Shown one piece after another: positions 6,873-13,543 of a stretch of 43,428 nucleotides of DNA. Source of the stretch: a virus; IMG/VR virus record IMGVR_UViG_3300045988_029530, positions 1 through 43,428 of that record, one strand, 5' to 3'. The notes under the pieces were generated by a model. It ran no database searches, was not told the DNA's origin, and saw only the letters and a program-made list of their open reading frames with translations. The first letter of the stretch is position 1. The number at the start of each line of letters is the position of its first letter. The translations under genes and the position numbers were made by a program.

Positions 6873-7182
6873 TCTTCAGCCACCCGACCTTCCGCATCAC
6901 CAGCAGCGCCCCGGCAAAGGGGAAAGCCGCCGTCCACACGGGAGCCGCCGTCACGCACACCGCCATCACGACCACCAGCGCAATCACCATCAGAAATGCG
7001 CCCAACTCCCGCTTTTCCTTCCGAGCCTTTGCCCGCTCTGCCCGCAGCTTCGTTTCCGCCCGCTGCGCCCGCGCTTCCGCTGCTTCTCTTGCCGCCCGGT
7101 TCTTCCGCGCGTCCACCTTGTACGCCAAACGGCGAAGCTCCAGATCCTCCGCTTCGCCGTTGTAAAAAATGATTTCCTGCAT
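6865..7182 (-). CDS. Hypothetical membrane protein (charged coiled coil plus 2 TM segments)
   Basis: GAGGAGG SD. Hydrophobic stretch LGAFLMVIALVVVMAVCVTAAPVWTAAFPFAGALLVM. Confidence 0.65.
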   Translation of the reverse strand: MQEIIFYNGEAEDLELRRLAYKVDARKNRAAREAAEARAQRAETKLRAERAKARKEKRELGAFLMVIALVVVMAVCVTAAPVWTAAFPFAGALLVMRKVGWLKNG

Positions 7183-7195
7183 CGTTATGTCCTCC

Positions 7196-7462
7196 TCACA
7201 GATAATTTTTCCCGTATTCCCGCCGGAAGTCGTCCGTGCTGGCCTCGTGCTCGTACATCCACTTGCGCTCTCCGTACTTCTTTATCTCCAGCGCCGTCTC
7301 GGCGCATTGGTGCGCCGCCCTCGGGCCGTTTCTGTGGCAGGTGTCGCCGCACAGCAGCACCACCAGCCCGTCCCGCTCCGATTTGTCGCGGTTCGACCCG
7401 CCAAAGATGTGGTGGCGCTCCACCGCGCCCACCTTTCCGCATAACCAGCACTTTCCGTACAT
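7196..7462 (-). CDS. Zinc-binding HNH/NinG-like nuclease-type protein (88 aa from ATG 7462)
   Basis: AGGAGG 7 nt before ATG 7462. CWLCGK....ERHHIFGGSNRDKSERDGLVVLLCGDTCH resembles the CxxC...HH...N...CxxCH layout of HNH-like phage proteins. Confidence 0.55.
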   Translation of the reverse strand: MYGKCWLCGKVGAVERHHIFGGSNRDKSERDGLVVLLCGDTCHRNGPRAAHQCAETALEIKKYGERKWMYEHEASTDDFRREYGKNYL

Positions 7463-7473
7463 TGTCTTTCCTC

Positions 7474-7752
7474 CTAAATTGCCCCGATCAACCGCAGCAG
7501 AGCGTCCCGCCCCTCCTGCGTGCTGCACAGGTTCACACTTTTTACCAGTCCCCGGAGCTCCCCCACCGTCATTGTGGTTGGATCCTCACGTCTGCGGTAG
7601 TACGTTCCCCGCGTCATATGGCTCTCGTGCAGCAGCCTGTCCACGCCGACCTCTGCGTATTGCCGCGCAGCGTCCAGCCGCTTCACAAATTCCTGCTCCA
7701 CGCTGACCTTTGGCTTGCACCACGTTACCTTTGGCACTTCTCTTCCCTCCAT
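7474..7752 (-). CDS. Hypothetical protein (start uncertain: ATG 7752 or GTG 7737)
   Basis: ORF with a protein-like C-terminal part (FVKRLDAARQYAEVGVDRLLHESHMTRGTYYRRREDPTTMTVGELRGLVKSV). GGAGG precedes the GTG at 7737. Confidence 0.6.
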   Translation of the reverse strand: MEGREVPKVTWCKPKVSVEQEFVKRLDAARQYAEVGVDRLLHESHMTRGTYYRRREDPTTMTVGELRGLVKSVNLCSTQEGRDALLRLIGAI

Positions 7753-7754
7753 CC

Positions 7755-7889
7755 TTATGCAGTCTTTCGCATCTGCGCCACGGCGACCATTCCGTCGGCG
7801 TAGGCCGTCAGCACAGTCCATTCCTCTGCGGTCAGCTTCTCTGCCAGCTCAAAGAGCTTTGCAAGCATGCTCATTTTTTCCTCGGTCAT
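7755..7889 (-). CDS. Small hypothetical protein (44 aa from ATG 7889)
   Basis: AGGAAGTGAGAGAA precedes the ATG. MTEEKMSMLAKLFELAEKLTAEEWTVLTAYADGMVAVAQMRKTA. Confidence 0.5.
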   Translation of the reverse strand: MTEEKMSMLAKLFELAEKLTAEEWTVLTAYADGMVAVAQMRKTA

Positions 7890-7907
7890 TTCTCTCACTT
7901 CCTTTCG

Positions 7908-7937
7908 TTGACATTCCCTCCCGCCGCGTGCTATACT
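7908..7937 (+). promoter_or_regulatory. SigA-type promoter TTGACA-N18-TATACT with a TGn extension, driving the plus-strand gene at 7961
   Basis: TTGACA at 7908..7913, TGc at 7929..7931, TATACT at 7932..7937, then AAGGAG (7945..7950) and ATG 7961. Confidence 0.65.
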
Positions 7938-7960
7938 CACGAAAAAGGAGTTGATTTCCT

Positions 7961-8224
7961 ATGCAATCTTATCAAACTTTCATGGCCGAGCAGGAGCGTC
8001 AGCGCCGCTCTGCCGAAGCTGCCGCCGCCCGCTGCGCCGAAGCGCGTTCTAAGGAACAGCTCAAAGCCATCCAGAGCATTGCCGAAGCAGCGCAGAGGCG
8101 AGCCGAAATTGCCTTTGAAGAAGCAGCCTCCGCCAAGCGGGACGCGACCTTCTCAAAGGTCGTTTCCGTCATTTCCCTCCTGATTGCCGTTGTCTCCATC
8201 GTCGTCAGTTGCGCTTGCCGCTAG
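7961..8224 (+). CDS. Small C-terminally membrane-anchored protein, antisense to the early operon
   Basis: Own promoter and SD. Coiled-coil, Ala/Glu/Arg-rich N-terminal region, then TM segment VVSVISLLIAVVSIVVSCAC. Its 3' end overlaps the convergent gene 8153..8422 by 72 nt. Confidence 0.55.
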   Translation: MQSYQTFMAEQERQRRSAEAAAARCAEARSKEQLKAIQSIAEAAQRRAEIAFEEAASAKRDATFSKVVSVISLLIAVVSIVVSCACR

Positions 8225-8422
8225 CTCATTTTCCTCTCTCCACGCTTCTTCTAGCGCTTTGCAGGCTTCCGCAAGCTCTCCAAACAGCCTCCTGCATTCT
8301 TTCAGGTTTTCCGTCGCTCTTGTCCAGTCTCTCTCCGACCGGACAGCCAGTATGATTGCCCATACCGCAGTCGCGCCGCCGATACACGCGAGAATCATGC
8401 TCACGATCTGCGTGACCGTCAT
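8153..8422 (-). CDS. Hypothetical N-terminally membrane-anchored protein
   Basis: AGGAGG 7 nt before the ATG. TM segment IVSMILACIGGATAVWAIILAV, then a helical region and an acidic tail. Confidence 0.6.
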   Translation of the reverse strand: MTVTQIVSMILACIGGATAVWAIILAVRSERDWTRATENLKECRRLFGELAEACKALEEAWREENELAASATDDDGDNGNQEGNDGNDL

Positions 8423-8473
8423 TTCTTCCCCTCCTATCGCGTTTCGCTTTCTTCGTGGCTCCTACATGTGATT

Positions 8474-8689
8474 TTAATTCACGCATCCTTGCAAAAAAAT
8501 ATCGTTAGTTTCCGCGACAGACAGTCCAAGCATGTTCTGCAGTTTCACAATTTCAGATACCTTAAATTCACGCTTATTGTTGATCTTGTATTGCAGTGAA
8601 CTTTCGCTAATTTCGAGTATTTCAGCGACTTTCTTCTTCGTAAGGCCACGCCGCATAATAGCGACGTTTAACTCCACGGTGTTAATCAT
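8474..8689 (-). CDS. Cro-like XRE-family HTH protein (first gene of the leftward early operon)
   Basis: AGGAGG SD before ATG 8689. HTH segment GLTKKKVAEILEISESSLQYKINNKREF. Divergent from the repressor gene across a 160-bp AT-rich switch region. Confidence 0.8.
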   Translation of the reverse strand: MINTVELNVAIMRRGLTKKKVAEILEISESSLQYKINNKREFKVSEIVKLQNMLGLSVAETNDIFLQGCVN

Positions 8690-8707
8690 TGTCTTATCCT
8701 CCTTTCT

Positions 8708-8724
8708 CGTGAATATCATTCACG
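8708..8724. promoter_or_regulatory. Operator-like palindrome CGTGAAT-ATC-ATTCACG between the leftward -10 box and the Cro-like SD
   Basis: 7-bp perfect arms read directly from the sequence. Confidence 0.6.
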
Positions 8725-8729
8725 TATTT

Positions 8730-8757
8730 ATATTATCACATAAATTCCCTTTGTCAA
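8730..8757 (-). promoter_or_regulatory. Leftward early promoter TTGACA-N16-TAATAT with a TGn extension (PR-like)
   Basis: Minus-strand read: TTGACAaagggaatttatgTGaTAATAT. Confidence 0.7.
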
Positions 8758-8785
8758 TAGTTTTTTTATCTTTTTCAAAAAATTG

Positions 8786-8814
8786 TTGATTTTCAATCAC
8801 TTTTGTGATATTCT
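8786..8814 (+). promoter_or_regulatory. Rightward repressor promoter TTGATT-N17-TATTCT (TGn extended) with the embedded palindrome ATCAC-TTTT-GTGAT (8796..8809)
   Basis: Hexamers and spacing read directly. The palindrome lies in the spacer. Confidence 0.5.
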
Positions 8815-8849
8815 CCATGCATACAATAATTCTAAAAGGAGAACACTTT

Positions 8850-9332
8850 ATGACTTGGTTTCAACGCATTTGCTATGCACGCAAACAACGCAATCTCACG
8901 CAGGATGAACTCGCGCGTAAATTAGGATACAAAGACCGTTCAACTATTGCCAAAATCGAAACAGGAAAAGCCGATCTTCCACAAAAGCAGATTTATAAAT
9001 TTGCGGAAGCTCTCGACGTTCCAGTTGAATACTTATATGGCTTTGAGGAAAGGCCATGGGAAGATGATATCGCAGAGGATTATGAAAACGCTCGTAATAT
9101 GAAAGAAAAAATAGATATTGTTCGTGACAACGGCATTGATCCGAGGTACGCATATAAATACTATTTAGAAAAGCACGATTATGACTTGATTCCTCACGAG
9201 AAAGAAAGCTCACAGCCAGCCATCATAGAAAGTGATGTTGACCATGAGCTTCTCTCCCTGTTTTCACGTCTGACTAAAGACCAACAGCAGCAGGTGCTTG
9301 ACTATCTTCGTTTCCTTCTGTCAAAGTCCTGA
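8850..9332 (+). CDS. CI-like XRE-family repressor (no S24 peptidase domain)
   Basis: AAAGGAG 7 nt before ATG 8850. HTH segment RNLTQDELARKLGYKDRSTIAKIETGKADLP. Helical C-terminal domain. Located in a low-GC island. Confidence 0.8.
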   Translation: MTWFQRICYARKQRNLTQDELARKLGYKDRSTIAKIETGKADLPQKQIYKFAEALDVPVEYLYGFEERPWEDDIAEDYENARNMKEKIDIVRDNGIDPRYAYKYYLEKHDYDLIPHEKESSQPAIIESDVDHELLSLFSRLTKDQQQQVLDYLRFLLSKS

Positions 9333-9458
9333 GCAGTTCCAGCAGCTTTAGTTTTTCCTCTAAACCAATTTCCCCCAGTATCTTTTGAAATTTTCTTTCG
9401 TTCTCTGTCATCTTTCCGCTCCTTCCGACATTTTTGTAGTGTTAACTAAAATATTGCT

Positions 9459-9487
9459 TGACATTTTTCTTCCCACGCGGTAATATA
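9459..9487 (+). promoter_or_regulatory. Consensus SigA promoter TTGACA-N17-TAATAT (P1 of a tandem pair)
   Basis: TTGACA at 9459..9464, TAATAT at 9482..9487. Confidence 0.7.
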
Positions 9488-9515
9488 AAAGTATCAAATA
9501 TGGTATTTTTACTAT

Positions 9516-9544
9516 TGACTTTTCCCTCGCCATGGGTTATACTG
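9516..9544 (+). promoter_or_regulatory. Consensus SigA promoter TTGACT-N17-TATACT (P2, 57 bp downstream of P1)
   Basis: TTGACT at 9516..9521, TATACT at 9539..9544. Confidence 0.7.
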
Positions 9545-9587
9545 AGCCTGCAATGAGATATCTTCTCTTCTCGTTGCCTTTATGCAG

Positions 9588-9646
9588 CCCTTGGCAGTAC
9601 GCCGCCCACGAATCCGGGTTTGGCCGATCCCAAGGGCTTTTTTATA
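9588..9646 (+). terminator. Intrinsic-terminator-like hairpin with U tract in the leader, directly before the NYN gene SD
   Basis: GCCCTTGG (9588..9595) pairs with CCAAGGGC (9631..9638) and is followed by TTTTTTAT. AAGGAG at 9659..9664 and ATG 9672 follow immediately. Confidence 0.6.
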
Positions 9647-9671
9647 CCCATAGATAGAAGGGAGCTTTCGT

Positions 9672-10343
9672 ATGTCCGTTACTGCCATTCTCGTGGACGG
9701 TGCATTCTATCGTGCAAGGTTTGCCAAGTCCGGTGAGCATTCCCCGCAGGAAGCTGCCGATGCCTTGGTGCGTTATTGCTCCCGTCACTTGCACGAGCGC
9801 TCCCTAAGCCACACGCTATACCGTATTTTTTATTATGATTGCCCTCCCAGCAGAAAGAAAATATTTCATCCGCTGCAAAACAGAACCTACGATCTTTCCA
9901 AAACACCGCAATATCAGTGGATGTGTGACTTCTTGGATGCCCTCCGCCAGAAGCGGAAGGTCGCGCTTCGGCTTGGCTATCTGGATGAAGTGAACGCGGC
10001 CTATACGCTCCGCCCCGATGTAGCTCGTGATCTGGTCTTGAAAAAAAGATCGCTTGATTCTCTCACGGATTCTGATTTTATCCCGTCGTTCAAGCAAAAA
10101 GGCGTAGATATGCGCATCGGTATGGACATTGCTTCCCTTGCATACAAGCGTCAGGTTTCTCAGATCGTTTTAATTGCCGGGGATGCGGACTTCGTTCCCG
10201 CTTCCAAACTTGCACGCCGCGAAGGTATCGATTTTGTTCTCGATCCTCTCGGTCATCCAATCAAAAACGATCTCTTTGAGCATATCGACGGAAAGCGTTC
10301 CTGCGGCGATCCTTATCTGGAATCCTCCAGAAAAGGCAGATAG
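9672..10343 (+). CDS. NYN-domain (LabA/DUF88-like, PIN-related) putative ribonuclease
   Basis: AILVDGAFY (N-terminal Asp), QKGVDMRIGMDIASLAY, IVLIAGDADFVPASKLARREGIDFV. This is the three-block acidic signature of NYN/LabA-like domains. Confidence 0.8.
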   Translation: MSVTAILVDGAFYRARFAKSGEHSPQEAADALVRYCSRHLHERSLSHTLYRIFYYDCPPSRKKIFHPLQNRTYDLSKTPQYQWMCDFLDALRQKRKVALRLGYLDEVNAAYTLRPDVARDLVLKKRSLDSLTDSDFIPSFKQKGVDMRIGMDIASLAYKRQVSQIVLIAGDADFVPASKLARREGIDFVLDPLGHPIKNDLFEHIDGKRSCGDPYLESSRKGR

Positions 10344-10344
10344 C

Positions 10345-10524
10345 TCAGTTCACAAGTCTCGGTTTTTCCTCCTTCGTCCCCGTTCCCACGTCGGCCACGC
10401 AGGAGAACAGCAGCGGTGCACCCTCGATATAGTCCACCGAGAAGCTGTGCAGCCGTTTTAATTCCGCCCCGTCTATAATCACGCTGACCTTTCCGTTTTC
10501 GGAAATAATGTGGATAGATTGCAT
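10345..10524 (-). CDS. Small hypothetical protein (59 aa), convergent on the NYN gene with a 1-nt gap; below the ORF-track cutoff
   Basis: Hand translation MQSIHIISENGKVSVIIDGAELKRLHSFSVDYIEGAPLLFSCVADVGTGTKEEKPRLVN. GGAGGG 7 nt before ATG 10524. Confidence 0.45.
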   Translation of the reverse strand: MQSIHIISENGKVSVIIDGAELKRLHSFSVDYIEGAPLLFSCVADVGTGTKEEKPRLVN

Positions 10525-10563
10525 GGTGCGCCCTCCCCAATATTGTAGTTATTCTGTTTTGAC

Positions 10564-10598
10564 GAGCCGTGCCGGTTGTACCAGAACCGACACGGCTC
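10564..10598. other. Strong 14-bp-stem hairpin (one mismatch) in the divergent intergenic region; no U tract on either strand
   Basis: GAGCCGTGCCGGTT-gtaccag-AACCGACACGGCTC. Confidence 0.5.
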
Positions 10599-10757
10599 TA
10601 TCGCAGATACCCGCAAATCACTTCGTCTGCTGCACCTCTATCGTAGCAGGAATGCCGGAGTTTGTCCACGCGCAGTTCTGCTTTTCCCGCGCAGCCGCTG
10701 CAAAAACAGCCTGCAGCCGCTGCGAATTCCGCACAAGCACGAAAGGAGCCGTGAGAA

Positions 10758-11342
10758 ATGACCGCATACCAGAAGCTGTACCCCAAATTTGAATCCTACC
10801 CCGAGGCCGTCCGTCAGGCAAAGCGTCTCAAGGGCCTCACCATCGACGCGCTGGTCGAATCGGCCGGCGTTTCCTATTCCTCCGTGTCCCGCCTCTGCGA
10901 CGGCACGCAGCTCGATCCCAAGCTCTATAATTCCGTCGCTCTCTGCAAAGTCCTCGGTCTTTCCATGGACGAGATTTTCGGTCTATCCGCGTCCGAGGCC
11001 AGCGCCGAGGAATTGCAGGCGAAGCTCCACGCCGCCGAACTGGGAAACGCCCACCTTGCCGAGGAAAACAAGCGTCTGCACGAGGTCAACCGCCTCCGCG
11101 CCGAGCAGCTTGCCGCCCGCGCCCCCGTTATCTATATTCTTCTCTTTGCCTGCGCGCTCCAGTCCTGCGCCTTGATCTTTTATCTGTTCGTCGATGCGCA
11201 GATCAAGGATGCCGGCCTCATCCGCTTCGGCGATGTCGGCCTTGTCGCGTGGCTTCTGATCTTCCTTGTCCTCTCCGCAACTTCCGCCTGCGTCTGGGCG
11301 ACCATGCGCTTCGCCCGTAAATTCAGTAAAAAGGAGCGCTGA
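10758..11342 (+). CDS. Membrane-anchored XRE-family HTH protein (HTH + coiled coil + 2 TM)
   Basis: AAGGAG SD. HTH segment LTIDALVESAGVSYSSVSRLCDG. TM segments VIYILLFACALQSCALIFYLFV and LVAWLLIFLVLSATSACVWA. The stop lies 2 nt before the integrase ATG. Confidence 0.8.
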   Translation: MTAYQKLYPKFESYPEAVRQAKRLKGLTIDALVESAGVSYSSVSRLCDGTQLDPKLYNSVALCKVLGLSMDEIFGLSASEASAEELQAKLHAAELGNAHLAEENKRLHEVNRLRAEQLAARAPVIYILLFACALQSCALIFYLFVDAQIKDAGLIRFGDVGLVAWLLIFLVLSATSACVWATMRFARKFSKKER

Positions 11343-11344
11343 CC

Positions 11345-12397
11345 ATGTACATTCCCGAGCCGAAAGAAACCCCCTCCGGCTGGCGCATCCAGCTCCGCAT
11401 CAACGGCCAGTCCATCCCCGTTCTGGCCGACACGCCCAAGGAGTGCAAGCGTCAGGCCGCCCTTATCAAGGCGCAGGCGCAAGCCGCCGGAAAGCCCGTC
11501 AAAAAATGCGACCTCACCCTCTCTCAGGCCATTGATGCCTATATCGCCGCACTTCCCCCCGATATTTCTCCCGCAACGCTCCGCGCCTATCGCAACATTC
11601 AGCGGAAACGCTTCCCCGATCTCATGTCCATGCGTGTCGCTTCCATCACCCCCGCATCCTTGCAGCGTGCGCTAAATTCGGAGCTTTCCGCCTTTTCCCG
11701 CAAGACCGTCAAAAACGCCTTTGTCCTTGTCAAGACCGTGCTGGAGACAAACGGCGTAGAAGTTCCGAAGAAACTCGCCATCGACCGCAAGGAGCGCAAG
11801 AAAAAAGATCCCATCTGGCTCGAGCCGGACGAAATCAAGAAGTTTGTCGCCGCTGCGAAAGATGACCCTCTCTGCGTCCCCATGCTGCTTGCCCTTATGT
11901 CCATGCGTATCTCCGAGATCGATGCGCTCCGCTGGGAGAATATCCCCCCTCGCCCCGAATTTATCCGCACCTCCGGAGTTCGCATCATGGACGAGCATCA
12001 TCACTGGGTCACACTCGCCGAGCATAAAACAATCGAATCCGACCGCAGCGTTCCCTTGCTCATTCCCGAGCTGCGCGCCGCCATCGAGCGGGACCGCAAG
12101 CCCTCCGGCAAGTTGCTGGACATTCATCAAAACACCCTGCGAAGCGCCGTCGAGCGCACCTGTGCGCGTGCCGGTGTCAAGCGCGTCACCGTCCACCAGC
12201 TCCGTCACAGCTTCGCCTCCCTCTCCGCCCACCTCCGCATCCCCGCTGAAATTTCCATGGAGATCGGCGGCTGGAGCAATGACAAAACCATGAACGAGAT
12301 TTACACCCACATTGCCCGCTCCGACATTGAGCGCTATAAAAACGAAATGTGGAAATTCTACAATGATACTTCCTCCCAGCAGTCCGAGGATGCATGA
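11345..12397 (+). CDS. int: Tyrosine recombinase / phage integrase
   Basis: Catalytic-domain pattern: MRISEIDALRWENI (Arg), VHQLRHSFAS (HxxR), GGWSNDKTMNEIYTHI (Tyr). Confidence 0.92.
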   Translation: MYIPEPKETPSGWRIQLRINGQSIPVLADTPKECKRQAALIKAQAQAAGKPVKKCDLTLSQAIDAYIAALPPDISPATLRAYRNIQRKRFPDLMSMRVASITPASLQRALNSELSAFSRKTVKNAFVLVKTVLETNGVEVPKKLAIDRKERKKKDPIWLEPDEIKKFVAAAKDDPLCVPMLLALMSMRISEIDALRWENIPPRPEFIRTSGVRIMDEHHHWVTLAEHKTIESDRSVPLLIPELRAAIERDRKPSGKLLDIHQNTLRSAVERTCARAGVKRVTVHQLRHSFASLSAHLRIPAEISMEIGGWSNDKTMNEIYTHIARSDIERYKNEMWKFYNDTSSQQSEDA

Positions 12398-12649
12398 GCA
12401 TTCCCATAAGCATTTACTGTTCCCGAATCCGATATTTTTCTTCCCCTTGCCTACTATTTTATTCCCATATTTGAAACATCTGAGCACCGTCTTTCCCTTG
12501 CAAATAAAGGAAAGCCCTTGCAAACGTACTGTTTGCAAGGGCCGATAAAATCCATTCGTAAGACAGTTCGAAACACTCTTTTGCGCTTGTAAAACTCCAG
12601 TATTATCAATGTTTTTCTGGCGATACAAGCAATTTCATAAGCATTTACT
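12398..12649. other. Candidate attP region: AT-richer spacer with direct repeats and CCCTTGCAAA motifs
   Basis: CATAAGCATTTACT occurs at 12405..12418 and 12636..12649. CCCTTGCAAA occurs directly at 12495..12504 and 12515..12524 and inverted at 12532..12541. The region lies between the integrase and the convergent moron cassette. Confidence 0.45.
12500..12542 (-). terminator. Intrinsic terminator ending the minus-strand transcription series (12-bp stem plus U tract)
   Basis: GCCCTTGCAAAC-gtact-GTTTGCAAGGGC (12514..12542). On the minus strand it is followed by UUUCCUUUAUUU. Confidence 0.7.
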
Positions 12650-13025
12650 CTCTCCCGATGCTCTCCAAGCACCGCCGAATCGCATCTCTCGACGCATCGT
12701 CCTCAGCACAGCGCATCAGCTCTTCGAGTTTTTCCTTCATGTCTGCGCCTCGGCTATAATGCCCGCGTACATAATGCGCACCGCTTCGCCCGTAGGAGCT
12801 TCCGCGCCCGTAGCTTCCGCGCATGTCTGCCTGCCATTCGCCGTCTCGGCTGTATCCCTCGCGGCTATAGCCATTTTCGGAGCGTCCCTCGCGCATCATG
12901 ATCTTGTCAAGATTCTTGATCGTGCTTGCCAGCTTGTGCAGCACGTCCAGATCGCCCGCGCTCAGATTCTCCTTGCGGGAATACCGTTCCAGTTCCTCGC
13001 AGAGCTTTTCTCTCAGTTCGTACAT
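12645..13025 (-). CDS. Hypothetical protein with a helical N-terminus and a Gly/Tyr/Ser/Arg-rich centre (moron cassette gene 3)
   Basis: GGAGG before ATG 13025; the track start at 13043 is TTG. MYELREKLCEELERYSRKENLSAGDLDVLHKLASTIKNLDKI, then GYSREGYSRDGEW..SYGRGSSYGRSGAHYVRGHYSRG. Confidence 0.7.
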   Translation of the reverse strand: MYELREKLCEELERYSRKENLSAGDLDVLHKLASTIKNLDKIMMREGRSENGYSREGYSRDGEWQADMRGSYGRGSSYGRSGAHYVRGHYSRGADMKEKLEELMRCAEDDASRDAIRRCLESIGRE

Positions 13026-13039
13026 TGTCCCTCCCCCTT

Positions 13040-13462
13040 TCAAGAAATCCGGTCAACGGTCATGTTGGAGTTTGCAAAGCTGACCGCCTGTGCGCTGGTG
13101 TTCTTCATCGCCACCGTCACGCAGCAGCCCTTCGGTACCTCCACAATCGCGCTGACGTAGATGTTGAAATAGTTCTCCACGGCTGCCGGTGTCACGGTTG
13201 CCGTCGCACTGTTCAGCGCTTCGCCGTTGATTACCAGCGCTGCGGTGATGGCCTCCACGGTTCCGCCGGTCGGAATCGCGATGTTCGCACCGAAGGACAC
13301 TTTGAATCTCGCCTTGCACTGCTGGGTCAGTCCCCGCAGCGTCACGATCCCCGCGCCCTCTCTGTGAACGATGCACGGCTTACCGGTGACCGCCGTTTCC
13401 GTCAGCGGCACGTTCTGTCCCGCTGCTACGCTCACGATATTTGCATTTGTAAATTCTGCCAT
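13040..13462 (-). CDS. BclA-C-terminal / C1q-TNF-like jelly-roll domain protein (moron cassette gene 2)
   Basis: 140 aa, beta-rich. GIVTLRG...FKVSFGANIAIPTGGTVEAITAALVINGEAL...VAMKNTSAQAVSFANSNMTVDRI resembles the strand pattern of exosporium BclA-type C-terminal domains (from memory, weak). Confidence 0.5.
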   Translation of the reverse strand: MAEFTNANIVSVAAGQNVPLTETAVTGKPCIVHREGAGIVTLRGLTQQCKARFKVSFGANIAIPTGGTVEAITAALVINGEALNSATATVTPAAVENYFNIYVSAIVEVPKGCCVTVAMKNTSAQAVSFANSNMTVDRIS

Positions 13463-13478
13463 TTGTTAATTCTCCTCT

Positions 13479-13512
13479 CAAATAAAACTACGGCGGGACG
13501 ATTGCCCCGCCG
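13479..13512 (-). terminator. Hairpin plus U tract placed immediately upstream of the SD of gene 13040..13462
   Basis: Minus-strand read: CGGCGGGgcaaucguCCCGCCG followed by UAGUUUUAUUUGAGAGGAG...AUG. Confidence 0.55.
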
Positions 13513-13543
13513 CGTCGCGTCAGTATCCGCATGGGGCGGACCA

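Noticed and set aside
9274-9411. 45-codon minus-strand ORF with a strong SD (GGAAGGAG, ATG 9411), antisense to the last 59 nt of the repressor gene
   Set aside because: It is short, I found no convincing promoter, and it overlaps a well-supported gene. It might be real, but the evidence is insufficient to list it as a feature.
9546-9660. The NYN leader, considered as a riboswitch or as a type III antitoxin repeat RNA
   Set aside because: It is too short and lacks any conserved riboswitch core I recognise, and it has no tandem repeats. It is retained only as an attenuator or small-RNA hypothesis in the findings.
12419-12433. gttcccgaatccgat just after the integrase, which resembles a tRNA T-loop (GGTTCGAATCC) and might mark a tRNA-derived att core
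   Set aside because: The match is imperfect and no acceptor or anticodon stems can be folded around it. It is kept only as a hint within the attP finding.
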